Shown: positions 9,940 through 19,025, counted from the stretch's first letter. The stretch: 64,000 nt of DNA from an uncultured Methanoregulaceae archaeon (GCA_963737635.1 CAVTTL010000001.1:2144001-2208000); one strand, 5' to 3'. Notes: a model not told the origin generated them from the sequence alone. Translations and numbers: made by a program.

Positions 9940-10545
9940 TCAGGGTATCCATTTGAGGATGACGTCGGCATTGCGGGCAGGCGCCGGAAGGGGGCTTTTC
10001 GCCGGGTAGCCGAATATTAACGGTGCGACGAGCTTGTGGTCCTTGGGGATACTTGCCTCCTTCAGGAATGCCTCATCGGAGCCAAGGCCGGCTGCAAGTC
10101 CAATCCAGCAGCTGCCGATCCCCAGCGAATGCGCTGCAAGCATCATGTTCTCTGCTGCGAGGGCGCAGTCGTGTTCATTAAGCGCATCCGGGGAGGCAAA
10201 GACGAGGATGAAAACAGGCGCTTCGTACAGGATCCGGACTTCCGGTTTTGTCAGGTTCTTTGCATAGCCGGCCAGCTCCGGGATGGTCGAGTCCTTGAAC
10301 ATGCTGACGAAGATCTTCTTGGCCCTCTCGTCATACTCATCGATGAGTTTCCTGTTCTTGATGACAACGAATCGCCACGGCTGTTTATTGACGGCGGTCG
10401 GGGCATAGGTGCCTGCCCGGATAATCTCCCGGATAATCTCATCGGGGACGTCTTTGTCGGAATACTTCCGTACGGATCTTCTCCCATAGATAGTATCCAT
10501 GACAGGGTTCGAGAGCGGTTTGTCGGGTTTTTTAGATGTAGTCAT
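9940..10545 (-). CDS. Nitroreductase-family protein
   Basis: RRSVRKY, APTAVNKQPWRF, AHSLGIGSCWIG. Confidence 0.93.
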   Translation of the reverse strand: MTTSKKPDKPLSNPVMDTIYGRRSVRKYSDKDVPDEIIREIIRAGTYAPTAVNKQPWRFVVIKNRKLIDEYDERAKKIFVSMFKDSTIPELAGYAKNLTKPEVRILYEAPVFILVFASPDALNEHDCALAAENMMLAAHSLGIGSCWIGLAAGLGSDEAFLKEASIPKDHKLVAPLIFGYPAKSPLPAPARNADVILKWIP

Positions 10546-10710
10546 TGTTTCACCAATACTGCATCATTCCTTGACGGATATAACCATTGTCAACGATACA
10601 ACAAAAATCAGTGTGCCTTTTTCATTATAATCCATTCATTCTCACGGATATACTTCGATACCCAGTTTCAGCGCAATATTCATTATCGCTCTGAATCAGT
10701 ATAATCCACA

Positions 10711-10802
10711 GGTTCTGTTGCGTCGTCGGGACCTTTACATAATCAATATTGATGGATTAAGACGATACAATTTTCGGCAAGTCCCGATAAGGCAACAGCA
10801 CT
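10711..10802. mobile_element. MITE-like element type C (92 bp)
   Basis: 22-bp imperfect TIR GGTTCTGTTGCGTCGTCGGGAC / GTCCCGATAAGGCAACAGCACT. Confidence 0.7.
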
Positions 10803-10830
10803 TGTGAACACATGAGAACCGCTATATCCA

Positions 10831-11679
10831 TCAGAGAGTTTGTTTCAGGAGAAATTGTCTTATTTTTTCTCCTGTATCCGTTCCGGGTAACGGAGTGAAA
10901 ACCGTCATTTTCAGATGGGTATTATCGGAAACCAGATAACTGGCAATCTCAAAATCCAATGATCCTAACACCGGGTGAATAACCGTCTTAAACCGCTCCT
11001 CCTCCGTTCTGACGTTATGCATTGGCCACAACAAAGCAAACTCCGTGCTTTCGCTTTTCAGTTCATTTACAAAGTGTTCAATCCAGGGATCTTCAGCAAA
11101 TTTACCGCAGGCTGAGCGGAACCTGGCGACCATTCCCTGTGCGGCAGACTCCCAGTCGGGAAATGTCTTTCTGAATTCTTTATTGGTAAACATAATTCGG
11201 ATCACATTGCGCTCGTGAACACTGAATTTACCAAAATCCGCCAGAATTTCTGCAGCCCTGTTCCATGCAATCACATTCCAGCGGGCATCCAAAATAGTTG
11301 CAGGAGAACATTCCAAGCTGTCCAGAACATGCTGCAAGATCGGATTAACCGTTTCGTTGCTGGTGGGAAAAACGGCCGGTGGCGTTTGTTGGGCAAGGTT
11401 GTAAAGATGTACGGTCTCCTGCTTATCAAGCATCAGAGTCCTTGCCAGATTTTCAAGCACCTGTGTGGATACCTGGACAGGACGTCCCTGTTCGATCCAT
11501 GTATACCACGTTAATCCAATTCCCGAAAGAGAGGCAACCTCCTCTCGCCTCAGGCCGGGTGTCCGGCGGCGTGAGCCTTCGGGCAGGCCGATCTGCGAAG
11601 GCAGAATATTTGCCCTGCGTGTTTTTAAAAAATCCCCGAGTTCCTTGTACCTTTGCTTTGGGTTTTCCGGAGTGTCCAT
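10831..11679 (-). CDS. XRE-HTH regulator with MmyB-like ligand-binding domain
   Basis: RRRTPGLRREEVA, WYTWIEQGR, AWNRAA, HPVLGSLDF. Confidence 0.92.
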   Translation of the reverse strand: MDTPENPKQRYKELGDFLKTRRANILPSQIGLPEGSRRRTPGLRREEVASLSGIGLTWYTWIEQGRPVQVSTQVLENLARTLMLDKQETVHLYNLAQQTPPAVFPTSNETVNPILQHVLDSLECSPATILDARWNVIAWNRAAEILADFGKFSVHERNVIRIMFTNKEFRKTFPDWESAAQGMVARFRSACGKFAEDPWIEHFVNELKSESTEFALLWPMHNVRTEEERFKTVIHPVLGSLDFEIASYLVSDNTHLKMTVFTPLPGTDTGEKIRQFLLKQTL

Positions 11680-11702
11680 TTCCTTTCCCTATCAGGGTAG
11701 TA

Positions 11703-11718
11703 ATTATACTAGTATAAT
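11703..11718. promoter_or_regulatory. Palindromic operator between the divergent regulator and SDR genes
   Basis: Perfect 16-bp palindrome ATTATACTAGTATAAT. Confidence 0.55.
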
Positions 11719-11835
11719 CATTTTCCTACCAATAGTATATATCAGAAGGGAATATCAAAACATGCCTGTAACCCACGGACCGGTTTCAGGAGTAAACGTG
11801 ATTGAAATTTAAAAAAAGAAACGAGGCAGGAAAAA

Positions 11836-12630
11836 ATGACAGCAGAACTCTCAGAAAATACAAAGAAACCCGGTACCAGGATCGCTCTCGTTACCGGAGG
11901 AAGCCGCGGTCTTGGCCGTAGCACCGTGTTAAACCTCGCCAAGAGGGGCGTTGACTCGATCTTTACCTATCATACCAACCGTGCGGAGGCCGAGAAGGTC
12001 GCCGGACTTGTGCGTGAGACGGGGCGCAAGGCTGTCGTCCTGCAGCTTGACACGGGTAATGTATCTTCGTTCGATGCGTTTGTGCAGAACGTACGAGGGG
12101 CACTCACTGATTTGGGAGCCGAACGCTTCGATTATCTTGTCAATATGGCCGGTATCTCGCACCACAATTCATTTGCTCAGACGACTGAACAGGAGCTGGA
12201 TAACCTCTACAACGTCCATTTCAAGGGGGTTTTCTTCCTGACACAGAAGCTCCTACCACTTATGAACGATGGCGGCAGGATTGTCAATATTGCGTCAGGG
12301 CTCACCCGCGTCGTGATGCCGGGAAGCTGCGCCTATGCATCCATGAAGGGCGCCGTTGAAATCATGACCCGCTATCTGGCTTTGGAACTGGGTCCCCGGA
12401 GGATTGCGGTTAATGTTGTTGCTCCCGGGGCTATGGCGACCGATTTTAGTGGCGGCATGGTTCGCGATAACCCGGAAATGAATAAACGGGTAGCAGACAT
12501 GACGGCGCTCGGCCGAGCCGGCCTTCCGGAGGACATCGGCCCGATGATTGCCTCGCTGCTCTCCGAGGAGAACCGCTGGATCAATGCCCAGCGTATCGAG
12601 GTCTCGGGCGGCATGTCGATCTCGATCTAA
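11836..12630 (+). CDS. Short-chain dehydrogenase/reductase
   Basis: TGGSRGLG, YASMK, VNVVAPG. Confidence 0.94.
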   Translation: MTAELSENTKKPGTRIALVTGGSRGLGRSTVLNLAKRGVDSIFTYHTNRAEAEKVAGLVRETGRKAVVLQLDTGNVSSFDAFVQNVRGALTDLGAERFDYLVNMAGISHHNSFAQTTEQELDNLYNVHFKGVFFLTQKLLPLMNDGGRIVNIASGLTRVVMPGSCAYASMKGAVEIMTRYLALELGPRRIAVNVVAPGAMATDFSGGMVRDNPEMNKRVADMTALGRAGLPEDIGPMIASLLSEENRWINAQRIEVSGGMSISI

Positions 12631-12701
12631 AAGGGTACTGGTTTTTGTAACCTCCCTTTCTGACAAAATGCCTGGTTACACTGACACTGGTTGAATTTTA
12701 C

Positions 12702-12768
12702 GGTTCTGTAGCGTTGACCGCACGAGACCCAACCGATGTCGACCTAATCGGAGTTAATTATTAGTGGC
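12702..12768. mobile_element. Truncated type C element abutting copy 6
   Basis: GGTTCTGTAGCGTTGAC matches the 9781 left end (GGTTCTGTCGCGTTGAC) at 16/17; no right end found. Confidence 0.6.
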
Positions 12769-12848
12769 GGCTCTGTAACGTCTGCGGGGGGGCACCATTT
12801 TTTCTTCGGCGAAGGCTTAACGCAACCACCCAAAGACTTGACAGAGCC
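12769..12848 (+). mobile_element. MITE family A copy 6 (80 bp), GGC flanking direct repeat
   Basis: GGCTCTGTAACGTCTGCGGG...CCCAAAGACTTGACAGAGCC flanked by ggc on both sides. Confidence 0.85.
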
Positions 12849-12892
12849 GGCGGCACATCCCGGGCTGTCTCTTTTGATCCTTTTGAACAATT

Positions 12893-13639
12893 TCATTTCC
12901 ACTTGGTAAGGATCTCTTCCCTCCGGAATGTGGACACCGAGAGAGAGAAAAGCCCTACATCTACGACAAGGATAATTGCCGAGATGAGGAGGAGATACGG
13001 TATCGTAAGCGGAAACACATCTATCAAACCGAGTACGTAGATCAATGCAAAGGGGATCACGATCAGGGATCCAAGTTGCTGTGCGGTCCGCACATCGTTT
13101 ACCCTGGCCGAGACGATTACGCTCGCCTCTACCGCGGTGATAGCTACCAGCGGCACCAGCAGCAGCATGATGGCCGCCATAACTGTGTTTGGATAATAGA
13201 GATAGCCAAGCAGACCAAAGGTGATGGCGTCGATCAGGCCCATGAAGATCACCCCACCGATCCAGATGGCAACCAGGGGGGGAAGAAGTGCCCCGATGCT
13301 CTTACCGAGCAGGATCTCGCTGTCGGTGGTGGGGGTGGCGAGCAGCGGCTCCAGGCTCTGTTCCTGTTTTTCGCCGACAATACTGAAGGATGCGATCGCC
13401 GTGGGGAGGCTGGCCGCACCCATGATGAAGATAAAGGCGAAGGCATTTATGACGGGGGGAAGGCCAGACTGTACATCTGAAAGGCTGCTGCCGGATTTCG
13501 CTAAAAGAGAGTAGATCAGCAGGGGCAGACCGACGGACACGAAGAGGGGAAAGAGGATTACGCTGTAGAAGATACTTTTCTTTTTCTGGAAAATGCTGAT
13601 ATCCTTCGAAGCGACAATCCACGCTTTTGAAAATCTCAT
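12893..13639 (-). CDS. ABC-2 type permease
   Basis: SIVGEK..SLEPLLATP..ILLGK motif; about 6 TM. Confidence 0.9.
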   Translation of the reverse strand: MRFSKAWIVASKDISIFQKKKSIFYSVILFPLFVSVGLPLLIYSLLAKSGSSLSDVQSGLPPVINAFAFIFIMGAASLPTAIASFSIVGEKQEQSLEPLLATPTTDSEILLGKSIGALLPPLVAIWIGGVIFMGLIDAITFGLLGYLYYPNTVMAAIMLLLVPLVAITAVEASVIVSARVNDVRTAQQLGSLIVIPFALIYVLGLIDVFPLTIPYLLLISAIILVVDVGLFSLSVSTFRREEILTKWK

Positions 13640-14556
13640 AGTGTTTCCCTCACGGTCTTCAGATATACGTCTTCAAGGGTGGGATTGAGTCCCTGGACGA
13701 ACTGGATGCGGCCGCCCGCAGCAGAGATGGCTTCCACCAAACCCGGGTTTTCCTTTTCTGCGTTTATCACATCAATCATCAGCCGATGGTCTTCGACCAC
13801 CACCTTTCCCAAAGTATGGTGTTTCACTGCCGCCACGATCCTGTCGTTGACCTCTTCAAGCTGGATGACCGTTTTACTGCCCCAGAGCGCCTCTTTCAGC
13901 TCATCCGTTGTACCTATCCGGAGCAGATGTGTTTTGAGAATACCGATACGGTCACAGAGTTTTTGCGCCTCGTCAAGGTTGTGCGTGTTGAGGAAGATGG
14001 TCTTTTTCTCTTTTTTCAGTTCCAGTATGAAGTCCCGGACCGTTTTTGCTGCCTCGGGGTCCAAGTTGGCCGTGGGCTCGTCCAGAAACAAAATCTCGGG
14101 GTCGTGCACCAGGGCACGGGCGACGGCCACTTTCTGTTTCATACCTTTAGAGAATGTTCCCACGGGTTGGTCTTTCTTTTCCCAGAGCCCGAGAAGCCTG
14201 AGCAGGCGTTCGATGCTCTCTTTTCTTTGTTGATCGGTACGATCAAACAACTTCGCGTAAAAATCGAGATTTCGATAGGCGCTCAGTTCGCCATACAGGC
14301 CGACATTTTCCGGCATAAAACCGATGATTTTACGAATCTTCAGGGAATCGGCGTCGTCCCCGGTATCATACCCGGCGATCCTTGCCTCACCGCTGGTCTT
14401 GGCGATGAGGCAGCAGAGCATTCGTACCGTGGTCGTTTTTCCGGCACCGTTGGGGCCGAGGAACCCGAAGACCTCGCCTTCATTGACATGGAATGTCAGA
14501 TCGTCGACCGCGGTGAAGTCTCCGAATTTTTTCGTGAGGTTTATTGCATCGATCAT
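13636..14556 (-). CDS. ABC transporter ATP-binding protein
   Basis: GPNGAGKTT, FSKGMKQK, LFLDEPT. Confidence 0.94.
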   Translation of the reverse strand: MIDAINLTKKFGDFTAVDDLTFHVNEGEVFGFLGPNGAGKTTTVRMLCCLIAKTSGEARIAGYDTGDDADSLKIRKIIGFMPENVGLYGELSAYRNLDFYAKLFDRTDQQRKESIERLLRLLGLWEKKDQPVGTFSKGMKQKVAVARALVHDPEILFLDEPTANLDPEAAKTVRDFILELKKEKKTIFLNTHNLDEAQKLCDRIGILKTHLLRIGTTDELKEALWGSKTVIQLEEVNDRIVAAVKHHTLGKVVVEDHRLMIDVINAEKENPGLVEAISAAGGRIQFVQGLNPTLEDVYLKTVRETL

Positions 14557-14933
14557 GTCATATCTCCGAATACTATCACGGAAGTTGCGAGGAGCATTCC
14601 TGCCGGAAAACGTATCGTGTCATGCATTTTTTGCCCCAAGCCAGATTGTATAAAATCTTCCCAGATTCCCACAATTTCACCTTACCTTTGATAGGATTGC
14701 ATGGCCAGTTCCTTTTTTCTCAATGAATAATGCAGGTACCTTCCCGGTCTCACCAACTACATAGAGGCCGTGGGTTGACAATATAAAATGAGCGGTTGTC
14801 GTTCACATTTTCATCACGTCATAGTCTGCCGGATCGAGCTCGCTTCTTCATTTCTCCATGAAGGTATACGCATCCCCGGTCAGGTCCGGTTCTTTCAGGA
14901 CAACCTGCGCTTCTTAGGGACAGGCAAAAATCG

Positions 14934-15011
14934 GGCTCTGGAGAAAACCTCTCTGAAAAGGGTGTACCGACGTTAGAAAGAGCTCAGGTACGGAGAACTC
15001 TTTACAAAGGC
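14934..15011. mobile_element. Degenerate MITE-like element (78 bp)
   Basis: GGCTCTGGAG...CTTTACAAAGGC; length fits the family but the TIR is weak. Confidence 0.35.
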
Positions 15012-15053
15012 TTATTTTCTTGGTGCAATAACTGGGTATTTGGATCGAACTAA

Positions 15054-17612
15054 ATGGCTCTTGACATTCGCACACTGTCCATTGTGGTAGCTGTTGCGAA
15101 CATCCTTCAGACATTGGCAATTGGCTTTCTTTATATCAAAAATAAAAAATACCCCGGGATTCTCTGGTGGGCGCTTGGCAGTGCCATAACAGCAATTGGA
15201 TTTCTGTTGTATCTCGTGCGGGACTTTAGCCAGAGCGCATTGATCTCAATAATCCTGCCAAATGCCCTGACGGTGGCAGGAATCCTGTTTATCTATATCG
15301 GGATCATGCATTTTCTGGAGAGAGAAGAGAACCAGGGACTTGTTTTTTCGGTCTTTGCCGTTTTTATCGCGTTGTATTTTTATTTTACCTATGTCACTGA
15401 CGATATTAATGCACGAACGGTAATTGTATCGGTTGCCTTGATTTTTTATTTGTTGTTAATAGTACAGGCCTTATTAGGGAAAATTCCCACAGCAATAACT
15501 GATTCTTCGCATTTTATCGCGGTAATCCTGTTTTCTGAGGCATGCTTTTTCGTATTTCGTACGTACTCCGTTCTTACGTTTGCGCCCGTTGAAACCCTTT
15601 TTACGCCGACACTCATCCAGACCTTGGTATTCGTGGTGTATTTTGTCGCTGGAATCCTTCTTACCTTTGGCCTGATCTTCATGGTCACCCAGCGACTTCA
15701 TGCAGAGGTGACGGACGCCAAAGATCACTTCGAAATACTCTTTAATACGAACCCCGAGGGAATTGCAATCCATGAAATTGTGTATAGTACTTCCGGTGAA
15801 CCTTTGGAGTACCGTATCCTTGATGTCAATCCCGCGTTTGAGCATATTCTCGGACTGAAACGGGAAGACGTTATCGGAAAAACGAGCAAAGAGGTTTACC
15901 GGGTAGATACACCCCCGTACTTCCAACTATACAGCCGGGTTGCAGAAACCGGTCAAGCCGAAGAGTTCGAATCGTTTTTTGCGCCAATGGAAAAACATTT
16001 TCACATATTAACGTACTCCCCGGAACATGGAAAATTTGCCACGATATTCGAGGATATCACCAAGAGAAAGAGAGCGGAGGAGTCACTCCGGGAGAGTGAG
16101 GCAATGCTACGGACGGTGCTGGACACGATGCCGTCCGGAGTGACCGTCAGGGACGTCCGAACCGGGGAAATCGTTCTTTCCAATCCCCGGAGCAAGGAAA
16201 TCATGGGTGCCCTCGTCGGTAATATCGTCGGGATTGGGAAATATTGTGGAAAATATCCTGATGGCCGCTCCTACCGGATCGAGGACTGGCCAATGGCCAG
16301 ATCTATGGCTACCGGGGAAGAGGTCAATAATGAGGAGATTCAATGCGAACGAAGTGATGGCTCCCGGATAATCCTGAACCTCAGCTCTGCCCCTATCCGC
16401 GACCAGTATGGGAAGATAATCATGGGTGTCGGTATTTTCCATGATATCACTGAACGCAAACAAGCAGAGGAGGTGTTGCAGAATAACATCCGGCTCCTGG
16501 AAAACGTTATGGATAGCAGTCCTTCTCCCATCTTTCTCAAAGATCTCGAGGGGAAGTTCATTTCAATCAATTCGGCTTTGGAGAGAATGCTTGGAAAGTC
16601 ACGGCAGGATCTGAAAGGCAAAACCGATTATGACATTGCTCCAAAGGAGTTAGCCGATTACTGGCGGTCTCATGACAAAACAGTAATCGAGACCGGTACG
16701 GCAATCCAAATTGAAGAAGTGGCTGATCTCCCGGACCGTCAGTATATCTTCCTTGCAAACAAGTTTCCGCTTGTGGATATTCATGGCCACATCTATGGTA
16801 TAGGTGCCATATCTCACGATATCACCGAACGAAAGAAAGCTGAAAATGAAGTGATCCGTAAGAATACGGAACTCAATGCCATAAACGAAGAACTCACAGC
16901 ATCGGAGGAGGAACTTCACCAAAATATCGAAGAACTTGCCCTTCGGGAACAGGAACTACAAGGAGCACTTGCCGAAAAAGAGGTTCTCCTCTCAGAGATC
17001 CACCACCGGGTCAAGAACAACCTGACCGCGTTCATTTCTTTGCTGAGTCTTGATGGTTCGTACGAAGATACCGAAAGTGGTAGGGCACTTCGTAAGGATC
17101 TTCAGAACCGGGCGCGGAGCATGGCCCTGATCCATGAAACCCTTTACCGGACCGGGAAATTTTCAAAGGTCGATATGGGGATGTACCTGAAAAATCTCGT
17201 CGACCAGATTGCCACTTCTTACGGTGTGCGTGAGGATATCCACGTTGTTGTTGAGGTTCATGATGTCACGCTCAGTATCGACAGGGCTACGACAGCCGGC
17301 CTGATAATCAACGAACTGGTGACGAATTCGCTTAAGTACGCATTTCCACCGGGTTTTGATTGTACGGCAGTACGGGGAGAACCCTGCACGATCCGCGTCA
17401 CGCTTACCCATAAAGACGGGATTGATGTATTAATCGTAACAGATAATGGATGCGGGCTTCCGGAAGGTTTCGATCCCCTGAAATCAAAATCATTTGGTCT
17501 CAAGCTGGTGAACTTCCTTACCCGCCACCAGCTCATGGCTGATATTTCGATTCAACGGGATAAAGGAACTGCATTTATATTCCATCTGAAAAACACCGAG
17601 GATACTACATGA
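15054..17612 (+). CDS. Membrane-bound multi-PAS sensor histidine kinase (HisKA_2 type)
   Basis: About 7 TM N-terminus, 3 PAS domains, EIHHRVKNNL, NELVTNSLKYA, DNGCG. Confidence 0.94.
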   Translation: MALDIRTLSIVVAVANILQTLAIGFLYIKNKKYPGILWWALGSAITAIGFLLYLVRDFSQSALISIILPNALTVAGILFIYIGIMHFLEREENQGLVFSVFAVFIALYFYFTYVTDDINARTVIVSVALIFYLLLIVQALLGKIPTAITDSSHFIAVILFSEACFFVFRTYSVLTFAPVETLFTPTLIQTLVFVVYFVAGILLTFGLIFMVTQRLHAEVTDAKDHFEILFNTNPEGIAIHEIVYSTSGEPLEYRILDVNPAFEHILGLKREDVIGKTSKEVYRVDTPPYFQLYSRVAETGQAEEFESFFAPMEKHFHILTYSPEHGKFATIFEDITKRKRAEESLRESEAMLRTVLDTMPSGVTVRDVRTGEIVLSNPRSKEIMGALVGNIVGIGKYCGKYPDGRSYRIEDWPMARSMATGEEVNNEEIQCERSDGSRIILNLSSAPIRDQYGKIIMGVGIFHDITERKQAEEVLQNNIRLLENVMDSSPSPIFLKDLEGKFISINSALERMLGKSRQDLKGKTDYDIAPKELADYWRSHDKTVIETGTAIQIEEVADLPDRQYIFLANKFPLVDIHGHIYGIGAISHDITERKKAENEVIRKNTELNAINEELTASEEELHQNIEELALREQELQGALAEKEVLLSEIHHRVKNNLTAFISLLSLDGSYEDTESGRALRKDLQNRARSMALIHETLYRTGKFSKVDMGMYLKNLVDQIATSYGVREDIHVVVEVHDVTLSIDRATTAGLIINELVTNSLKYAFPPGFDCTAVRGEPCTIRVTLTHKDGIDVLIVTDNGCGLPEGFDPLKSKSFGLKLVNFLTRHQLMADISIQRDKGTAFIFHLKNTEDTT

Positions 17613-17980
17613 CCGGAGAAACCATTCAGATTGTGGAAGATGACGGCCTGATCGCTCTCCATATTGCCGAGACACTGGAAAATGCGGGATACCAGATCGT
17701 AGAACCTGTATGTTCAGGAGAGATGGTGCTTAAAACACTCGAAAAATCACCCAATCCCGATCTCATCCTTATGGACATCGGGCTTGCTGGATCGATTGAC
17801 GGCATCGAAACCGCCCGGCGGATACGGCAACAGTATGATATCCCGATCCTCTTTCTTACGGCATATCCTAACATAGCCAAAATCGAAGAGCTGAAGAGTG
17901 TCTCATTCTGTGGCTATCTTAACAAACCGTATCTGGAAAACGAGCTCCTGACCGCAATCGAGAATTGCTTGCACACGTAA
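17609..17980 (+). CDS. Single-domain response regulator
   Basis: IVEDD, LILMDI, FLTA, KPY; overlaps kinase stop (ATGA). Confidence 0.93.
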   Translation: MTGETIQIVEDDGLIALHIAETLENAGYQIVEPVCSGEMVLKTLEKSPNPDLILMDIGLAGSIDGIETARRIRQQYDIPILFLTAYPNIAKIEELKSVSFCGYLNKPYLENELLTAIENCLHT

Positions 17981-18084
17981 TCGTTCGCCATCACATGAGA
18001 TCCCCTGTTTTCTGTAACAAAAGGAAACCGGGGGCAGTACCACATTATCAAGGTAGAATTACGGTCTCATACGAACGATACCTC

Positions 18085-18708
18085 TCATTCCCACCTTCCC
18101 TCGTCCCACACTTTAAGAATATCAAGATCACGCTTCAATGTTGCCCTGCTCAGTGCCTGTGACCGGCTCAGCATCCTCTGCTGGATAAAATCGTATTCGC
18201 AGAGAATTTTGGAATTCCGGAGCAACGTTGCCCTGATCGGATGGTGCCGGTAAATGATACTTTCCTGTCGTCTGAAATGCCATTTTATTCTCTGGAAGGT
18301 GAGCCAGTCAAGTTTCATGGCCAGCGTCGCGTGGAACCTGAATTCATCTGCAGAATCCAGATCATATTTCCGTAAGGAGCAGTACGGCAAAAGCGCCTGG
18401 GACAGCTGATGCCGAAATTGTTTCAGGTTCGCATCGGGCGTAATAGTGACAAAAACGACCTTTGTGTCATCAAAAAATCCGTACCCGCCAACCTCATATT
18501 TCGGAATCTCCTTTTGGTTCGAACTTATTCTGGTGAAATCTTCGATGAGTTTTTTTTCGTCATGAGTCGAAAAGGGCCCGGCCAGAGTGATGTGTGGGAT
18601 GACCTGGTTGTCCCCGAGATTAAATTTCTGCTGTAACTGATCGCTTAAATGGCGAATCTGGCGCTTCACGGATCCCATCAGGCGGATATCTATCAGATAG
18701 TGAGTCAT
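18085..18708 (-). CDS. 2H phosphoesterase (2'-5' RNA ligase family)
   Basis: Two HxT motifs, PHITL and FHATL. Confidence 0.85.
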   Translation of the reverse strand: MTHYLIDIRLMGSVKRQIRHLSDQLQQKFNLGDNQVIPHITLAGPFSTHDEKKLIEDFTRISSNQKEIPKYEVGGYGFFDDTKVVFVTITPDANLKQFRHQLSQALLPYCSLRKYDLDSADEFRFHATLAMKLDWLTFQRIKWHFRRQESIIYRHHPIRATLLRNSKILCEYDFIQQRMLSRSQALSRATLKRDLDILKVWDEGRWE

Positions 18709-19025
18709 TCTTCCCCGCTCCGTAGTACAACTGCCTATCCGACAACCTCATGTGCAGATTTCAGGTAAAAGGGAATAATTCTGTTGTGCATGTATGATAC
18801 GATAATCAATAGTCCATGGTATGCTGCATTAACAGAACGTAAAGAAAAACTCGTAGAAACGCTTTATCGCTCCTGCTTAGTTAATGGTGCCTCTGCCATC
18901 GCTGTTTGTGTATGCTCGACGTATTCCACAACAAGACCGTCAGGGTGCTTCGCGGAGAGCCCGCGAGGCCAAGGCAGAAACAGCCGCTCCCTTTCAAGAT
19001 AGGGCAGCCGATACCACCGCGTCAC

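Noticed and set aside
13786-14691. Long antisense ORFs (also 50422-51546, 48979-49749, 55233-56081, 28901-29788)
   Set aside because: Shadows of well-supported genes on the opposite strand, with no motifs.
14690-14915. In-frame TGA codons as selenocysteine readthrough
   Set aside because: No start codon, no redox-motif context and no SECIS recognised; decay is simpler.
2451-15011. CRISPR array or classical integron interpretation of the repeats
   Set aside because: Spacing is gene-sized and irregular, orientations are mixed, there are no GTTRRRY/RYYYAAC cores at the ends, and no cas or intI gene is in the window.
18784-19002. 72-aa ORF, and 23697-23957 (86 aa)
   Set aside because: No motif or clear RBS; cannot be supported from sequence alone.
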